DNA from: Ostreococcus lucimarinus
Lineage: Eukaryota
DNA length: 64,000 bases
Direction: 5' to 3' (one strand)
NCBI GenBank assembly: GCA_000092065.1
Contig: CP000590.1
The position numbers were made by a program, and so were the translations under genes. Every line of letters starts with the position of its first letter. The first letter of the stretch is position 1. A model generated the notes under the pieces. It was not told the origin of the DNA and did no database searches. It was given only the letters and a program-made list of their open reading frames with translations. This document shows, piece after piece, positions 10,948-21,642 of this stretch.

Positions 10948-12828
10948 TCATGAGTCGTGGCGCGATCGTGTCACGTCTCCTTGGGGGGGGCGAATTCTTT
11001 CATCGGCCCAGAAATCGACATATTCGTCAAACTTGGGGCAGCAGCGATGATGTCGAAACATTCCTGTTTCTTTTTCGAGTCGCTTGTAGACTTCGTTCAC
11101 TTCCTCCGCCGCGGGTTTCCAGTCCATGTACGCAAAGTTGACCGCAGCTTTCCAGCCGTCGCCCAAATTCACGCCCCAGTGAACGGATCCGTAGTCGGTG
11201 ACGACGTATTCGCCCGCTCTTTGAACGTGTCGATAAACATGGATCTTCTCTTCGCCATTCACGCGCTTTGAATTCCAATCCTGGATCCGCGCCGGATCGA
11301 GCCAAAGCCTGCGCATCTCGAGAATGTCAACCGTGTATTCCGCGCCGAGCGTTTCTTGCAAATACGTGTGCAGCAAGTACAGATCGGATCGAGGAATACT
11401 ATACCAAACGACCGCCGAATGCGAGTCCGGACGAGCCAAGATGACATTTGCCGAAGCGAACGCGTAGTCCTCGAAATGCAAGGGGAAAATAGACCCGACA
11501 CCCATGTAGTAAAGCCAAGGAGACACGATGCCGACGCCCCAGAGTCGAGTCTCGCTCGCCTTCTCCGTGGCCATCTCGGCGGCTTCTAAGACGGCGGCTT
11601 CTATCACAGTACCAGCGGAGCTGTGCTTTTTGCCCTTCTTCTTATCTTCTCGCCGTTCGATTCTCCGTTGAACGGCAGATTGGTCTACTTTCGTAACCAC
11701 TCCGCCCGTTCGCCCTTTCTCCTCCGCTCGGGCCTCCTCCGCCGACTGCGGCGTTGCGCAGTCCAGGGCGGCGTCGAGAGACAGCCTCTTATTCACCACG
11801 TTCTGGGTTTCACACAGCTCCAAACACCGTCGTAACACACTTGGCTTTCTCTGACCCAGTAATCGAGGATCCCAAGGATGGGTTTGGGGCGTTTCAGACG
11901 CGTCCACGGCTCGAACATTCTTCATGAGTGCCTCCATCGCGATGCCTTGAAGGTATGGAAACTGGAGTGGAAAACCAGAATGAATTTGCTGTAAGAACCA
12001 GCATTCACGAGCGTTGACGTCCATGAGTCTAAACTGATCGGCGTGCGTACGACATCGCTCTTGAAAATCTTCCACAAAGGCGCCGATTTCCATGTTGGAG
12101 TCCACGTCATTCATCGCTCGAAACGGCTCGAGCAGGCCCGTCTTTCTGTCCGGCAAGTTTTGTCTAATGTACTGATAGTCGGGTCCAAGGGTGCGGAGCT
12201 TGATGGATTTGGTGCCGACCCAAGACAAGTCACACAGCGCGCTCGTATCGTCTAAGATGTCCCACCCATCGCTAATCTTGATCACCATCGCCCCTTGCTT
12301 GCCGAACTCGCTCCACCACGCTTTGTCTTCGCCTTGCAACAGTTGCTCTGGCGTCACGCCTAGATTCATGCAACTGTACACCGTGGGCAGCGTCGACGTG
12401 TCGTTTTTCCGCATGCTTTTGTGCGTGCGCAGCTCGCACAGTTTGATCGATTCGGGCCCAGTTCGCGAGGGCTTGGACGTCACCGGGGGTGGCGTTCGTC
12501 CGCTCGTCGTCTCGTGTCGCAAGTGCACCGCCGTCTCCTCGCTCGAGTTCGCCCCTGAGCTCGAGTGGTGGTCGTGATCGCCGCTAACGATGGCATCCTC
12601 AAACGTCGCACCTTTACCGTCCCAAATCCCGCGCGCGCGCGCCGGCTCCTCGTACCTGTACGCCGGCTCTGGACTCAACTCGCCCGCCGCGAATTTCGCC
12701 GCGAATCTCGCCCTCTTCTCCTCAAAGTCTCGCTTCTCCTCCATCTCGTGCGGCTCCATCCGTTCGCGTTCACCGTTATCGCACACGTTCAACGCCCGAT
12801 GCGGTCGCTCGGCGTGATATCGCCGCAT
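10948..12828 (-). CDS. JmjC-domain protein of the KDM3/JMJD1 (hairless-type) family. The ORF-track extension to 14064 is CG-rich low complexity and would collide with the RING-CH gene on the other strand.
   Basis: C-terminal JmjC: PLHFEDYAFASANVILARPDSHSAVVWYSIP ... GEYVVTDYGSVHWGVNLGDGWKAAVNFA (KDM3-like HxD...H, G-K-W pattern). Start uncertain; candidate ATGs at 12828 or 12759. Confidence 0.55.
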   Translation of the reverse strand: MRRYHAERPHRALNVCDNGERERMEPHEMEEKRDFEEKRARFAAKFAAGELSPEPAYRYEEPARARGIWDGKGATFEDAIVSGDHDHHSSSGANSSEETAVHLRHETTSGRTPPPVTSKPSRTGPESIKLCELRTHKSMRKNDTSTLPTVYSCMNLGVTPEQLLQGEDKAWWSEFGKQGAMVIKISDGWDILDDTSALCDLSWVGTKSIKLRTLGPDYQYIRQNLPDRKTGLLEPFRAMNDVDSNMEIGAFVEDFQERCRTHADQFRLMDVNARECWFLQQIHSGFPLQFPYLQGIAMEALMKNVRAVDASETPQTHPWDPRLLGQRKPSVLRRCLELCETQNVVNKRLSLDAALDCATPQSAEEARAEEKGRTGGVVTKVDQSAVQRRIERREDKKKGKKHSSAGTVIEAAVLEAAEMATEKASETRLWGVGIVSPWLYYMGVGSIFPLHFEDYAFASANVILARPDSHSAVVWYSIPRSDLYLLHTYLQETLGAEYTVDILEMRRLWLDPARIQDWNSKRVNGEEKIHVYRHVQRAGEYVVTDYGSVHWGVNLGDGWKAAVNFAYMDWKPAAEEVNEVYKRLEKETGMFRHHRCCPKFDEYVDFWADERIRPPQGDVTRSRHDS

Positions 12829-13689
12829 CGCTCGCTTCGCCGCGTCGTTCCCTCGCCGCCGCTTCCCGCGTCGGCGTTCGCCTTCGCGTTCGCGTCCCGC
12901 CGCCTCCTTCCCTCGCCGCGCCCCCTCGCCGCGCCTTCCCGTCGTCCGTCGACGCGCGTTCGCCTCCGCGCTTTCGCACCATCTCGTCGCCGATCCCGGG
13001 CCGTCGTCTTCGCGCGCGCGCTCCCACGCCATGTCGAGATTCGCGTCTCCGACGACCGACGCTCGTCGACGACGCGCGCGCGGATCGCGGCGCGTCGACG
13101 CGCGTCGACGCGGCGCGCGAAGCGCCGAGAACGTCGACGAGCGTTCGCGTCGGAGCGCGTCGGACGCCGCGCTCTGACGCGCGCTGACGCGCGCTGACGC
13201 CGACGAATGACGATTCGTCGACGCCGAGACGCGACCGCGACGACGGACGCGCGCCGAGACGAACGCGCGCGTCGCGGGCGACGACGCGATTCGGGGCGTC
13301 GGCGTGCGTCGGCGTGCGTGGGTTCTCTCATGGCGTTCACGACGCGTTGAATGCGGAAACGTGACGGGTATAATTAGGGTTGCGACGGCATCACCGGACG
13401 GGACGCCAGGCTTTCTTCCCGACGCGACCGGCGCGACCGGCGCTCCGGCGCGTCGGCACTCGTCGACGCGATGGGCGGACGCGTGCGACGATCGAACGAT
13501 CGCGCGCGCGCGAACGACGCGACGCGCGCGGACGAAGAGATGGGCGACGCGGACGCCGCGCGGGCGAACGCGAACGCGAACGCGAACGACGCGACGACGG
13601 CGCCGCGCGGTGAAGGTGCGGGGAAAAATCGCGCGATTCGTTCGATTGATTGTCGCGTCGCGTCGACGCGTCGTGCGTTGGCGAGTTCG

Positions 13690-14739
13690 ATGAGACTGAC
13701 GAGGGCGCGCGCGCGCGGACGCACAGACGATCAGTGCTGGATTTGCCTGGACGGGGACACCGCGGACAGAGAGGTGCGCGCGCGACGACGCGCGACGACG
13801 CGCGCGACTCGATCGCCAAGATAGGCTTTTCCCATACAAATGTGACTTTTTGGGCGAAAATATCTTTCGCGCGAGATCCCGCGTTTTTGGTGGCGTGTGT
13901 GTAAACAAACGGTCGGACCGGGACCGGGACCGGTTCGCGTCGGACGCGTCCGGAGCGCCCGGAGCGCGACACGGGGGGTGGGCCGGAGCGATGAGACTGA
14001 CCGATGATCGCGCGTTCGCCTCGCGCAGTTGTATCATCCGTGCGCGTGTCCGCGATGGGCGCACGCCAAGTGCGTGGCGCGATGGCAGTTGCAGTGCTCG
14101 GGGAAGCCGGAGGAGGTGACGTGCAAATTTTGCGCGTCCAGACTGCCGGATTGGCGAGCGACGCTGTTCAAAGACGTAGTGCGCGCGAGTGACGACGCTG
14201 TGGTGCCGACGTCGACGAGTGGATCGAAGAAGAGAAACAGTATGGATGAACGTTTACTACGCAGTTCCGCGGACGGAGACGACCAAGAAGCGGGGACGCC
14301 CGGCGACGAAGAGACGGACCACAAAGACGGACCGGGAGAAATCAAGGGCGATATCATCGTCAAGTTTAATAATATCTCGTTCCGATGCCAAGTTCGCACC
14401 GGGCCGGATGGATTGGCGGATTTCATGCGGCAAATCAGAGAACGTTGCGGGATACCGGAGGAGAAGATGAAATCGCTCAACCTCACGTATCGGTGCAAGG
14501 ATCCGAACAACGGGATGCCGATGACGTTGGAAGGGCTGAACGAGAGCGCTTTCGATGCCGCGGTTTTATGCTCGGCGGTTCAAGATAAGATCAAGCATCA
14601 AGCTCGCGTCGATTCGGCGGTAAAGTCTTCTCGAACTACCGAAATTACGTCTAGATCCAATAGAAGGCGTTCCGGTGACCGCAACTCCTTCGAGGAAGGT
14701 CGCCGTGAACAAGTCTCAGCGTTTCGACGATTCGAATGA
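13690..14739 (+). CDS. RING-CH (RINGv/MARCH-type) zinc finger + PB1 domain protein. Two exons: 13690..13773 and 14029..14739, with a 255-bp intron.
   Basis: Exon 1 ends CWICLDGDTADRE|gtgcgc. Exon 2 begins after cgcgcag|LYHPCACPRWAHAKCVARWQLQCSG...CKFC, completing a C4HC3 RING-CH. Downstream IIVKFNNISFRCQV...PMTLEGLNESAFDAAV resembles a PB1 fold. Intron boundaries inferred from GT/AG positions and frame, not verified. Confidence 0.5.
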
Positions 14740-14944
14740 GGACCCGTAAGGAGCTTTCGTTGTCAACATCGTTCAAGACGAGTGGAATTTTTGTACACGA
14801 CGCAGCGATACGAGCTGTTTTTTTGTATTAAGCGCAAACTTTTGTACCGCGTATGTGCGGCGGTCGTTCTGTAATAAACGATCGTGTAACATTATGAATA
14901 AAATACTACAACCATGCACGCAAAAAACACGCTCAATCAAATTC

Positions 14945-16040
14945 CTAAAACATTTCCGCCACCATGCTCGCCGCGTCGTTTTGCCCTTGGAATCCGCTGA
15001 GCTCGGCGAGCTTTTCGAGCGTCTGTTCGCCTTCTAGTTTCTTCCCATTGATCACCCACGTCGGGAACCCCTCCACTTTCGCCGCATCACACGCCGTAGC
15101 CACGGGCGTGCCTCGTTCCCACCCATCTGGGAAGCACTCCACGTACGGAATCTGCGCCCCAGCGCCGAACGTCTCCTTTTGTTCGATGCAGTGCGAGCAC
15201 CAAAACGCGCCGTACATCTTCGCTCCGGTCTCTGCGAGATGTTTCGCGAGTGCGCGAGAGTATGCCGTAGACGTTTGCTCCAACTGCGCGGGCGCGTAGG
15301 CTAGTTTCAACCCTTGAGTGTTTTTCGCGTCCGGGCTCTCCGTGAGCACGATGCTCATCGTCAAAACCGTGACGACGTACAACGCGATGGCCGGCGGGAA
15401 CGCGTTGGCGCTCTCTCTCGAACTCAGACCCGCGAAACCGACGCCAAAAAGCGTGAGCGACAGAGCGGCGGACGTCAAGCAGTACAAGCACTCCACACCA
15501 CCGAGCTTGAAGGCTAAAACAAAAAGTAAATACGACGACACGCCGGCTAATCCCGTGGCGCCGAAGAAGAGTAACACGCGCGCCTTGCCGTAGGATGACT
15601 CCAAATCCTTATCGCGTCCGTCGTCGCCTTGCTTCACGAGCTCGTCTTGCATACCCGCCCCCCACCACGCCAGCGCGGCGACCAAACCGTACGCCACCGC
15701 CCCGAACGCGGACAGCGGAATCCCAAACAACTCGGCGTATCCGCTATTCAACGCCGTCTGACACCCGCCCACGGGACACGCCACTTCCCCCCCCGTGAGC
15801 TTTTGCACCGCCAAATACGTCGATTCTAACGCCCCGAATCCCGCTAACCCGGCCATCACGCGCAGAGGCGGACGCGGGAGCGGTCCGGGCGGCAGACTCG
15901 GAGCCGGTTTCGGCTTCGCCTTCGTCTCCGTCGCCGGCTCATCCGTCAGCGCCGGCGCGCTCGCGGGTTCACCGTTCTCCGCCTCGACGACGACCCGCGC
16001 GCGTCGTTCGCGCGCGTCGCGCGCGTCCCATCGTCTCGTT

Positions 16041-16081
<41 letters not shown>

Positions 16082-16144
16082 TCGTCGCGTCCATCGTCCT
16101 CGACGCACCGACGCGCGCGCACCGATCGTCCCCGTCGCCAACAT
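14945..16144 (-). CDS. LTO1: Thylakoid thiol-disulfide oxidoreductase LTO1-like: VKOR (vitamin K epoxide reductase) domain fused to a C-terminal thioredoxin-like domain
   Basis: VKOR region with CPVGGC and multiple transmembrane segments. C-terminal Trx-like WCSHC motif. The VKOR-Trx fusion is the plant/cyanobacterial architecture. N-terminal T13 tract inside a transit-peptide-like region. Confidence 0.7.
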
Positions 16145-16446
16145 CGCGCGCCGCCGTTCGCGTCCGCGCTCGCGTCGCGCGCGTCGAGCCCTCGACCGCG
16201 CCGCGCGCCGGCGTCACCGTCCTCGCGCGCGCGCGTCCGCGTCGTCGCCGCTCGCGCGCGCGTCGGATTTTGCGGATAACGCGTCGTCGATTCGTCGATT
16301 CGTCGATTCGCTCGACGCGGCACTCGCGCGCGCCGCGTCGCGCGCGACTCGCGTCGATGCGCGGCGCGGCTCGCGCGCGCGCGCGCGCGAGCCCCGCGCG
16401 CGCGTCGCCTCGCGCGCGTCGCGCGAGGGCGTCGACGACGCGCGCG

Positions 16447-17361
16447 ATGGCGTCCCCGTTCGGCGACGCGGGCGCGGCGAAAACGAGCGTCGATCCGTTC
16501 GCGTCGTCGGCGTCGCGGTCGCGGACGTCCGAGGCGACGACGACGCGCGCGAAAAATGCCGTCGACGCGACGCCGCGGGCGCGCGCGCCCGCGTACAGAG
16601 CGTGGGACGACGTCGAGGTGTTTGAAGTGCCGGAGACGCTGCGGCGAGACGGCGCGGCGCGAAACGAACGCTTCGTCGAACACGTCTCGCTCGAGGGATT
16701 GTTCGGCGCGACGTTCGCCGACGCGTTTCACGACGACGCATCGTTTCGCACGGACGTGCGACGCGCGATGCGGAAGGATTTGTTCGTGCCGGATGAAAAT
16801 TTAAGCGCCGAGGCGAACGCGGCGATGTCGGCGCTCTCGAGCTCGGTGCACGTCAACTGGTTTGAATCCCGCACGGGGTACGCGGCGCTGAGCGCGCTGT
16901 TCGCGTCGCGCGGAATCGAAGACGTCACCGGTGAGCGCTTCATTCGCGCGCTCGGTGGGTTGTGCGGCGAGCCTCGTCACGGCACGCTCATCGACATCGC
17001 GAGCCCCGTCGGCGCGCGAAAGATTTCTCACTCCTGGCACCAAGACTCTGGATACGACCGCCTCACCGTCATGCTCGGTTTCCCCGCCGCCGCGCCGAGC
17101 GAATCCATGGGTTTACCCTCCGGCGTCGGCGTCTTCTCGCACGCCGTGAAGCTCTCGCACGCGTTGCGTCGTCCCTCCCCTCCCGGCGCCGTGCTTCAGT
17201 GGGAAGACGTCGCCTCCGCGCGCGACGTCCGTCTCGACGCCCGTTTCGTCGCCCGTCCCGCGTTCGCGCGCCATCGCGAGATCATCGTCTATCGCGATTC
17301 ATCCATCCTGCACTCCGCGCCCGACGTCGCGCATCGCGAGGCCGTGTGGCGTTTCATGTAA
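16447..17361 (+). CDS. Hypothetical protein, weak resemblance to PhyH-like 2OG/Fe(II) dioxygenases (ISHSWHQDSGYD)
   Basis: First ATG of a 363-aa ORF (the upstream part is Arg/Ala low complexity). The only suggestive motif is W-H-Q-D. Confidence 0.35.
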   Translation: MASPFGDAGAAKTSVDPFASSASRSRTSEATTTRAKNAVDATPRARAPAYRAWDDVEVFEVPETLRRDGAARNERFVEHVSLEGLFGATFADAFHDDASFRTDVRRAMRKDLFVPDENLSAEANAAMSALSSSVHVNWFESRTGYAALSALFASRGIEDVTGERFIRALGGLCGEPRHGTLIDIASPVGARKISHSWHQDSGYDRLTVMLGFPAAAPSESMGLPSGVGVFSHAVKLSHALRRPSPPGAVLQWEDVASARDVRLDARFVARPAFARHREIIVYRDSSILHSAPDVAHREAVWRFM

Positions 17362-17508
17362 TCAATCTCTCAAATCACTCATTCGCGCATCTTTCCGCGT
17401 ATTTAACGCCGGGTCTGGGTCGACGCGCCGGTGACGCCGTGGATTCGATCTCGAACCCGCCGTGCATTAATGTCCGCACTAGTGCGCGCGTCGCCGCGAA
17501 GACGCCCG

Positions 17509-18471
17509 ATGGTGAAGCTCTCGGCGCTGTGTCGCCGCGCCGACGCGCACGACGACGCCGCTCTGTCGCTCGCGTGGTGCGTCGACGCCGCGTCGCCCGA
17601 TCGCGTCGCCCTGCTCACGGGATCGCTCGACGAGAGCGTCAAGCGATGGATGCCCGGCGACGGCGAGGCGCGACCGAGCGATTTAACGCGCGTCCACGCG
17701 TACGTGGGACACACGCTGGGGGCGTGCGCGCTGGACGCGAACGCCGCGGGCTCGGTCGCGGCGTCGGCGCTGGACGGCGTCGTCCGCGCGTGGGACGCGA
17801 AGACGGGGGAGACGAGCGCGGCGATGGAGAGCGCGCCGGGGGAATCGTGGGGGGTGAAATTCGACCCGAGCCCGGGATCGACGCTGCTCGCGATCGGTGG
17901 AGGAACGTCGCAGAGCGTGCGCGTGCACGACGCGCGCGATGGGGAGAGGAAACAGACGCTGGAGCTGCCGGCGACGACGGCGGAGACGCCGAAAAACGGA
18001 CGCTTCGCGCAGAGCGTGGCGTATTCGCCGGATGGGAAACGCATCGCGTGCGGGGCGATGGACGGTACCGTGGCGGTGTTCGACGTGAAAACGGGCAAGT
18101 GCGCGCACACGCTCGCCGGACACGTCGCGCCCGTGCGCGACGTCACGTTTTCTCCGGACGGGAAGACGTTGTACACGGCGAGCGACGACGGGTACGCGCA
18201 CGTCTACGACGCCCATAATAAATCATTGATCGAGTCCCTGAGCGGGCACAAGAGCTGGGTGCTGTCTCTCACCGCCTCTCCCGACGGCACCGCCCTCGTC
18301 ACCGGCTCCTCCGACGCCACGATCAAGCTTTGGGATTTAAAAACGCGCTCGTGCGCGCAAACCATGACGGATCACTCCGACGCCGTGTGGTGCGTTCGAT
18401 TTTCCCCCGACGGCGCCGCGCTCGCCGCCGCCTCCGCCGATCGCTCGGTCTCGCTGTTCAATTTCGCGTGA
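17509..18471 (+). CDS. SKI8: WD40-repeat protein WDR61/SKI8 homolog (PAF1C/SKI complex subunit)
   Basis: N-terminus [13 protein letters not shown]...[13 protein letters not shown] aligns with WDR61 AHDDAIWSVAWG...VVTGSLDDLVKVW. Later repeats [12 protein letters not shown] and [15 protein letters not shown]...KLWD match too. ~320 aa, all WD repeats. Confidence 0.75.
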   Translation: MVKLSALCRRADAHDDAALSLAWCVDAASPDRVALLTGSLDESVKRWMPGDGEARPSDLTRVHAYVGHTLGACALDANAAGSVAASALDGVVRAWDAKTGETSAAMESAPGESWGVKFDPSPGSTLLAIGGGTSQSVRVHDARDGERKQTLELPATTAETPKNGRFAQSVAYSPDGKRIACGAMDGTVAVFDVKTGKCAHTLAGHVAPVRDVTFSPDGKTLYTASDDGYAHVYDAHNKSLIESLSGHKSWVLSLTASPDGTALVTGSSDATIKLWDLKTRSCAQTMTDHSDAVWCVRFSPDGAALAAASADRSVSLFNFA

Positions 18472-18904
18472 GCGCGCGCCGCGCCGCGCGCCGCGTAGAA
18501 CGTACGTTTGTGCGATAATAAAACTAGCTCGTAGGTCGACGGGCGGCGCCGCCCGGTTTCTTTCTTCTCGCGCTTTTCTCGGTTCACGACTCGTCCCGAC
18601 CCCCCTCGACGACGGCCGGTCCTTCGAGCAGGCCGCGACGTCACCGCGGGGCATCGCGTCGCCATTCCGAGTCGCGCGCGTCGTCGACGACGCGTGTGCG
18701 CGCGCTCGCTCGCTCGAGGTGCGCTCGAGGTGCGCGCGCGCATCGCTCGCCGCGTCCCGAGCGCGTCGTCGTCGCGCGCGCGCGTCGCGACGCCGCGACG
18801 CGCGCGCCGCGTCGCACCGCCGCCTTTCGCGACTGGATAAAGCGACGACGACCGAAGGATCGACTGACGAACGACCGGGACTCGCAGGCGGACGACGGAC
18901 GAAG

Positions 18905-20161
18905 ATGTCGCAGTATGCGATGTGCCAGATGTGCCAGACGACGAGCGCGAGCGCGAGCGCGAGCGCGAGCGCGAGGCTGAGCTCGCGAAGGACGACGGCG
19001 GCGCTTCGGGACGGGACGGCGACGTCTCGACGACGAACGCGCGTGGTGACGATGGCGGGGCGGGATTACTACGACGTCTTGGGCGTGTCGCGATCCGCGG
19101 ACGGAAAAGAGTTGAAGCGAGCGTACAGACAGCTGGCGCGAAAGTTTCACCCGGACGTGAACAAGGAGCCGGACGCGGAGCAAAAGTTTAAGGAAATTTC
19201 CAACGCGTACGAGGTGCTGAGCGACGACCAGAAGAAGGCTATATACGATCGATTCGGGGAAGACGGGTTGAAGGGCGGCATGGGCGGCATGGGTGGTATG
19301 GGCGGCATGGGCGGCGACCCGTTCAGCAATCCGTTTGATTTGTTCGAATCCTTCTTCGGCGGCGGCATGGGCGGCGGCATGGGCGGCATGGGCGGCATGG
19401 GTGGACAGCGCCAAGCGCGTAACCGTCCAACGCAGGGCGATGACGAGAGATACGATCTTGAAATCGACTTCCTTGAGGCCGTTTTCGGGGTCGAGAAAGA
19501 GCTCGACACCATGCGCCTTGAAAATTGCGACAAGTGTTCCGGGAGCGGCGTCAAGGCTGGCACCAAGCCTGTGACGTGCGGGACGTGCGGCGGGCAAGGC
19601 CAAGTCGTCGCCACCGTGCGCACGCCGCTCGGTAACTTCCAGCAAGTCACTGGATGCCAAGCGTGCGGTGGGACCGGTCAGTCGTCGACACCGTGCCCCG
19701 CGTGCTCTGGAGACGGCCGCGTGCGACGCAGCAAGAAGATTCAACTTCGCGTACCGCCGGGTGTGGACAAGGGCTCGCGCTTGCGCGTTCGAGGCGAGGG
19801 TAACGCCGGCCGGCGCGGTGGACCGCCGGGTGATCTGTACGTGTTTATCAACGTGCGCGATGATCCGGAGTTGAAGCGTTTCGAAAACGTCAACATTAGC
19901 TCCACGGCGACCATTCCGTACACCAAGGCGATTCTCGGGTGCACCGTCAAGGTGCGCACCGTGGACGGGCCGGTGGATCTCAAGATCCCTCCTGGCGTGC
20001 AACCGGGAAGCACGCTTCTCATGGCGAAGCGAGGCGTCCCGAGACTCGGCAACGATTCCATTCGCGGCGATCATTACGTCACCGTGAAGGTCACCATCCC
20101 CGCCAAGCTCGGCGACGACGAACGCGCGTTGATCGAACAGCTCGACGCCAAGCAAAAGTAA
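18905..20161 (+). CDS. Type I DnaJ/Hsp40 co-chaperone (bacterial/organellar type) with Gly-Gly-Met-rich linker
   Basis: J domain [33 protein letters not shown] with HPD. (GGM)n/G-F region. Four CxxCxGxG zinc-finger repeats. C-terminal substrate domain. Preceded by a Ser/Ala/Arg-rich presequence from the ATG at 18905. Confidence 0.85.
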   Translation: MSQYAMCQMCQTTSASASASASARLSSRRTTAALRDGTATSRRRTRVVTMAGRDYYDVLGVSRSADGKELKRAYRQLARKFHPDVNKEPDAEQKFKEISNAYEVLSDDQKKAIYDRFGEDGLKGGMGGMGGMGGMGGDPFSNPFDLFESFFGGGMGGGMGGMGGMGGQRQARNRPTQGDDERYDLEIDFLEAVFGVEKELDTMRLENCDKCSGSGVKAGTKPVTCGTCGGQGQVVATVRTPLGNFQQVTGCQACGGTGQSSTPCPACSGDGRVRRSKKIQLRVPPGVDKGSRLRVRGEGNAGRRGGPPGDLYVFINVRDDPELKRFENVNISSTATIPYTKAILGCTVKVRTVDGPVDLKIPPGVQPGSTLLMAKRGVPRLGNDSIRGDHYVTVKVTIPAKLGDDERALIEQLDAKQK

Positions 20162-20163
20162 GC

Positions 20164-20200
<37 letters not shown>

Positions 20201-20444
20201 GCATCATCGCGGCAAAAATAAGATTAGCGTTTATATCGGCAAGATCTCTTTCCTTCTTTCCTCTTACAAATACACCTCGTCCCTCTAACGCAATCGGATC
20301 TATCCGCTCGCTCGCCGCCGCGCTCACGCCGAGCCCCACGCGAGGCGAACTCGACGCGCGATCGCGATCGCGAGCGCCAGCACCACGCTCGCGCACGCGT
20401 ACGCGCGCGCGACATCTCCCATCGTCCGTCGTTTCGTCGTCCCT

Positions 20445-20475
<31 letters not shown>

Positions 20476-20630
20476 CGCGCGTCGTCGCGCCGTCCTCGAC
20501 GCCGTCCCCATCTTTCCCATCTTTCGCGCCCTCGCGCGTCTCCCGTCGCTTGCGGCGCCGCCGCGGGAGCTCCGACCCCGCGAGTCCGATTCCCACCGCC
20601 TCGCCGTCCTCGATCTCGGTCAATCGCGCC

Positions 20631-21574
20631 ATGGCGACGGACGTCGGCGCGCGCCGCGGTGTCCCGACACTTCGCGTCGCGTCGACGACGACGACGACGA
20701 CGATGGCGACGCGCGTCCTCGGCGTCGTCCGTCGCGCGGCGCGCGCGATGTCGAGCGCGATGCGTCGACGCGAACCGCGCGCGCGCGCGACGGTGACGAC
20801 GCGCGCGTGGACGACGACGCTCGAGCGCGCGAACGTTCGAGCGCGCGCGTGGACGACGCCGGCGCGGAGGACGTACGCGCGCGAGCGCGGACGCGCGAGC
20901 GAGGGAGGGAAAAATCGACCGCGCGCGAACGATGAGGTGGGTCGAGGGCGCGGACGGCGAGGCGAGGCGAGGCGAGGCGAGGCGAGGCGACGCGACGGGC
21001 GAGCGCGCGGGACGCGCGGGACTGACGACGAGACGGGCGCGCGAACGAACGATAGATTAAAGCGAAAGTCGTTCGATTGGTGCGAGATGGGGAAGAGGGG
21101 GCGTCGGCGCACGAGGTGATGGCGCTGGAAGAGGCGATGGCGGCGGCGAAAGCGGCGGGAATGGATTTGGTTGAGGTGAACGGAAACGCGTCGCCGCCGG
21201 TGTGTCGAATATTGGATTACGAACGAGTGCGGTACGACATCAGGAAGCGGGCGAAAGAGCAGAAAAAGGCGGTCAGCGCGGCGCAAAAGCGGGACGTGAT
21301 AAAGGAGTTGCGATTGACGGCGAAAATCGACGTGCACGATTTGAATGTGAAGATAAATGGCGCAAAAAAGTTTCTCGACGCGGGAAATCGAGTGACGTTT
21401 CGAATCATGTTTAAGAACTCGGACGGAATAGCGCAGGACAAGCGCGCGACGCGCGGCGCAGAGATCATGGATAACATCATATCGATGCTTGAGGACGTTG
21501 AGGTCGTTCTCAAACCGAAAATGGTGGGTGCAAATCACATGACATGTTCTCTTAAACGACCGACGAAGAAGTGA
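20631..21574 (+). CDS. Organellar translation initiation factor IF3. Two exons: 20631..20945 and 21056..21574, with a 110-bp intron.
   Basis: Exon 2 reads IKAKVVRLVRDGEEGAS..MDLVEVNGNASPPVCRILDYERVRY...KELRLTAKIDVHDLNVKI...NRVTFRIMFKN, matching IF3 N- and C-domains (EVRLI..DGEQLGV..GLDLVEI.PNAEPPVCKIMDYGKF). Exon 1 supplies an Arg/Thr-rich presequence and ends ...RANDE|gtgggt. The acceptor gatag| at 21055 restores the IF3 signature I..EVRLI. The ORF track shows only fragments. Confidence 0.6.
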
Positions 21575-21642
21575 GAATGTTGTGTTGCGGCTTGCTCGCT
21601 CGCGAGTTGTAGTATTACAGTATATTAAGTAGAGATGAGAAA

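Noticed and set aside
12565-13700. Multiple overlapping ORFs in all six frames in the CG-rich spacer between the JmjC and RING-CH genes
   Set aside because: All are poly-Arg/Ala/Asp low complexity generated by (CGN)n-like DNA. They have no start context or motif consistency and are mutually exclusive.
16040-16085. (GTC)n trinucleotide run considered as a separate repeat feature or mobile element
   Set aside because: It is in frame inside LTO1, encoding a T13 tract in the transit peptide. Similar (GAC/GTC)n runs at 4745..4793, 20161..20200, 27410..27455, 47190..47232 and 50095..50110 are simple microsatellites typical of this GC-rich genome.
19260-19400. (GGCATG)n repeats in DnaJ (19269..19404) and at the HSP60 C-terminus (33343..33381), considered as a non-coding microsatellite or mobile element
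   Set aside because: They are in frame and encode the conserved GGM repeat tail of HSP60 and a Gly/Met-rich linker in DnaJ, which are known protein features.
18641-20155. 504-aa ORF antisense to the DnaJ gene
   Set aside because: It exactly overlaps a well-supported DnaJ CDS on the other strand. It is Arg/Ala/Leu low complexity with no motifs. Such antisense ORFs arise automatically when GC3 is very high.
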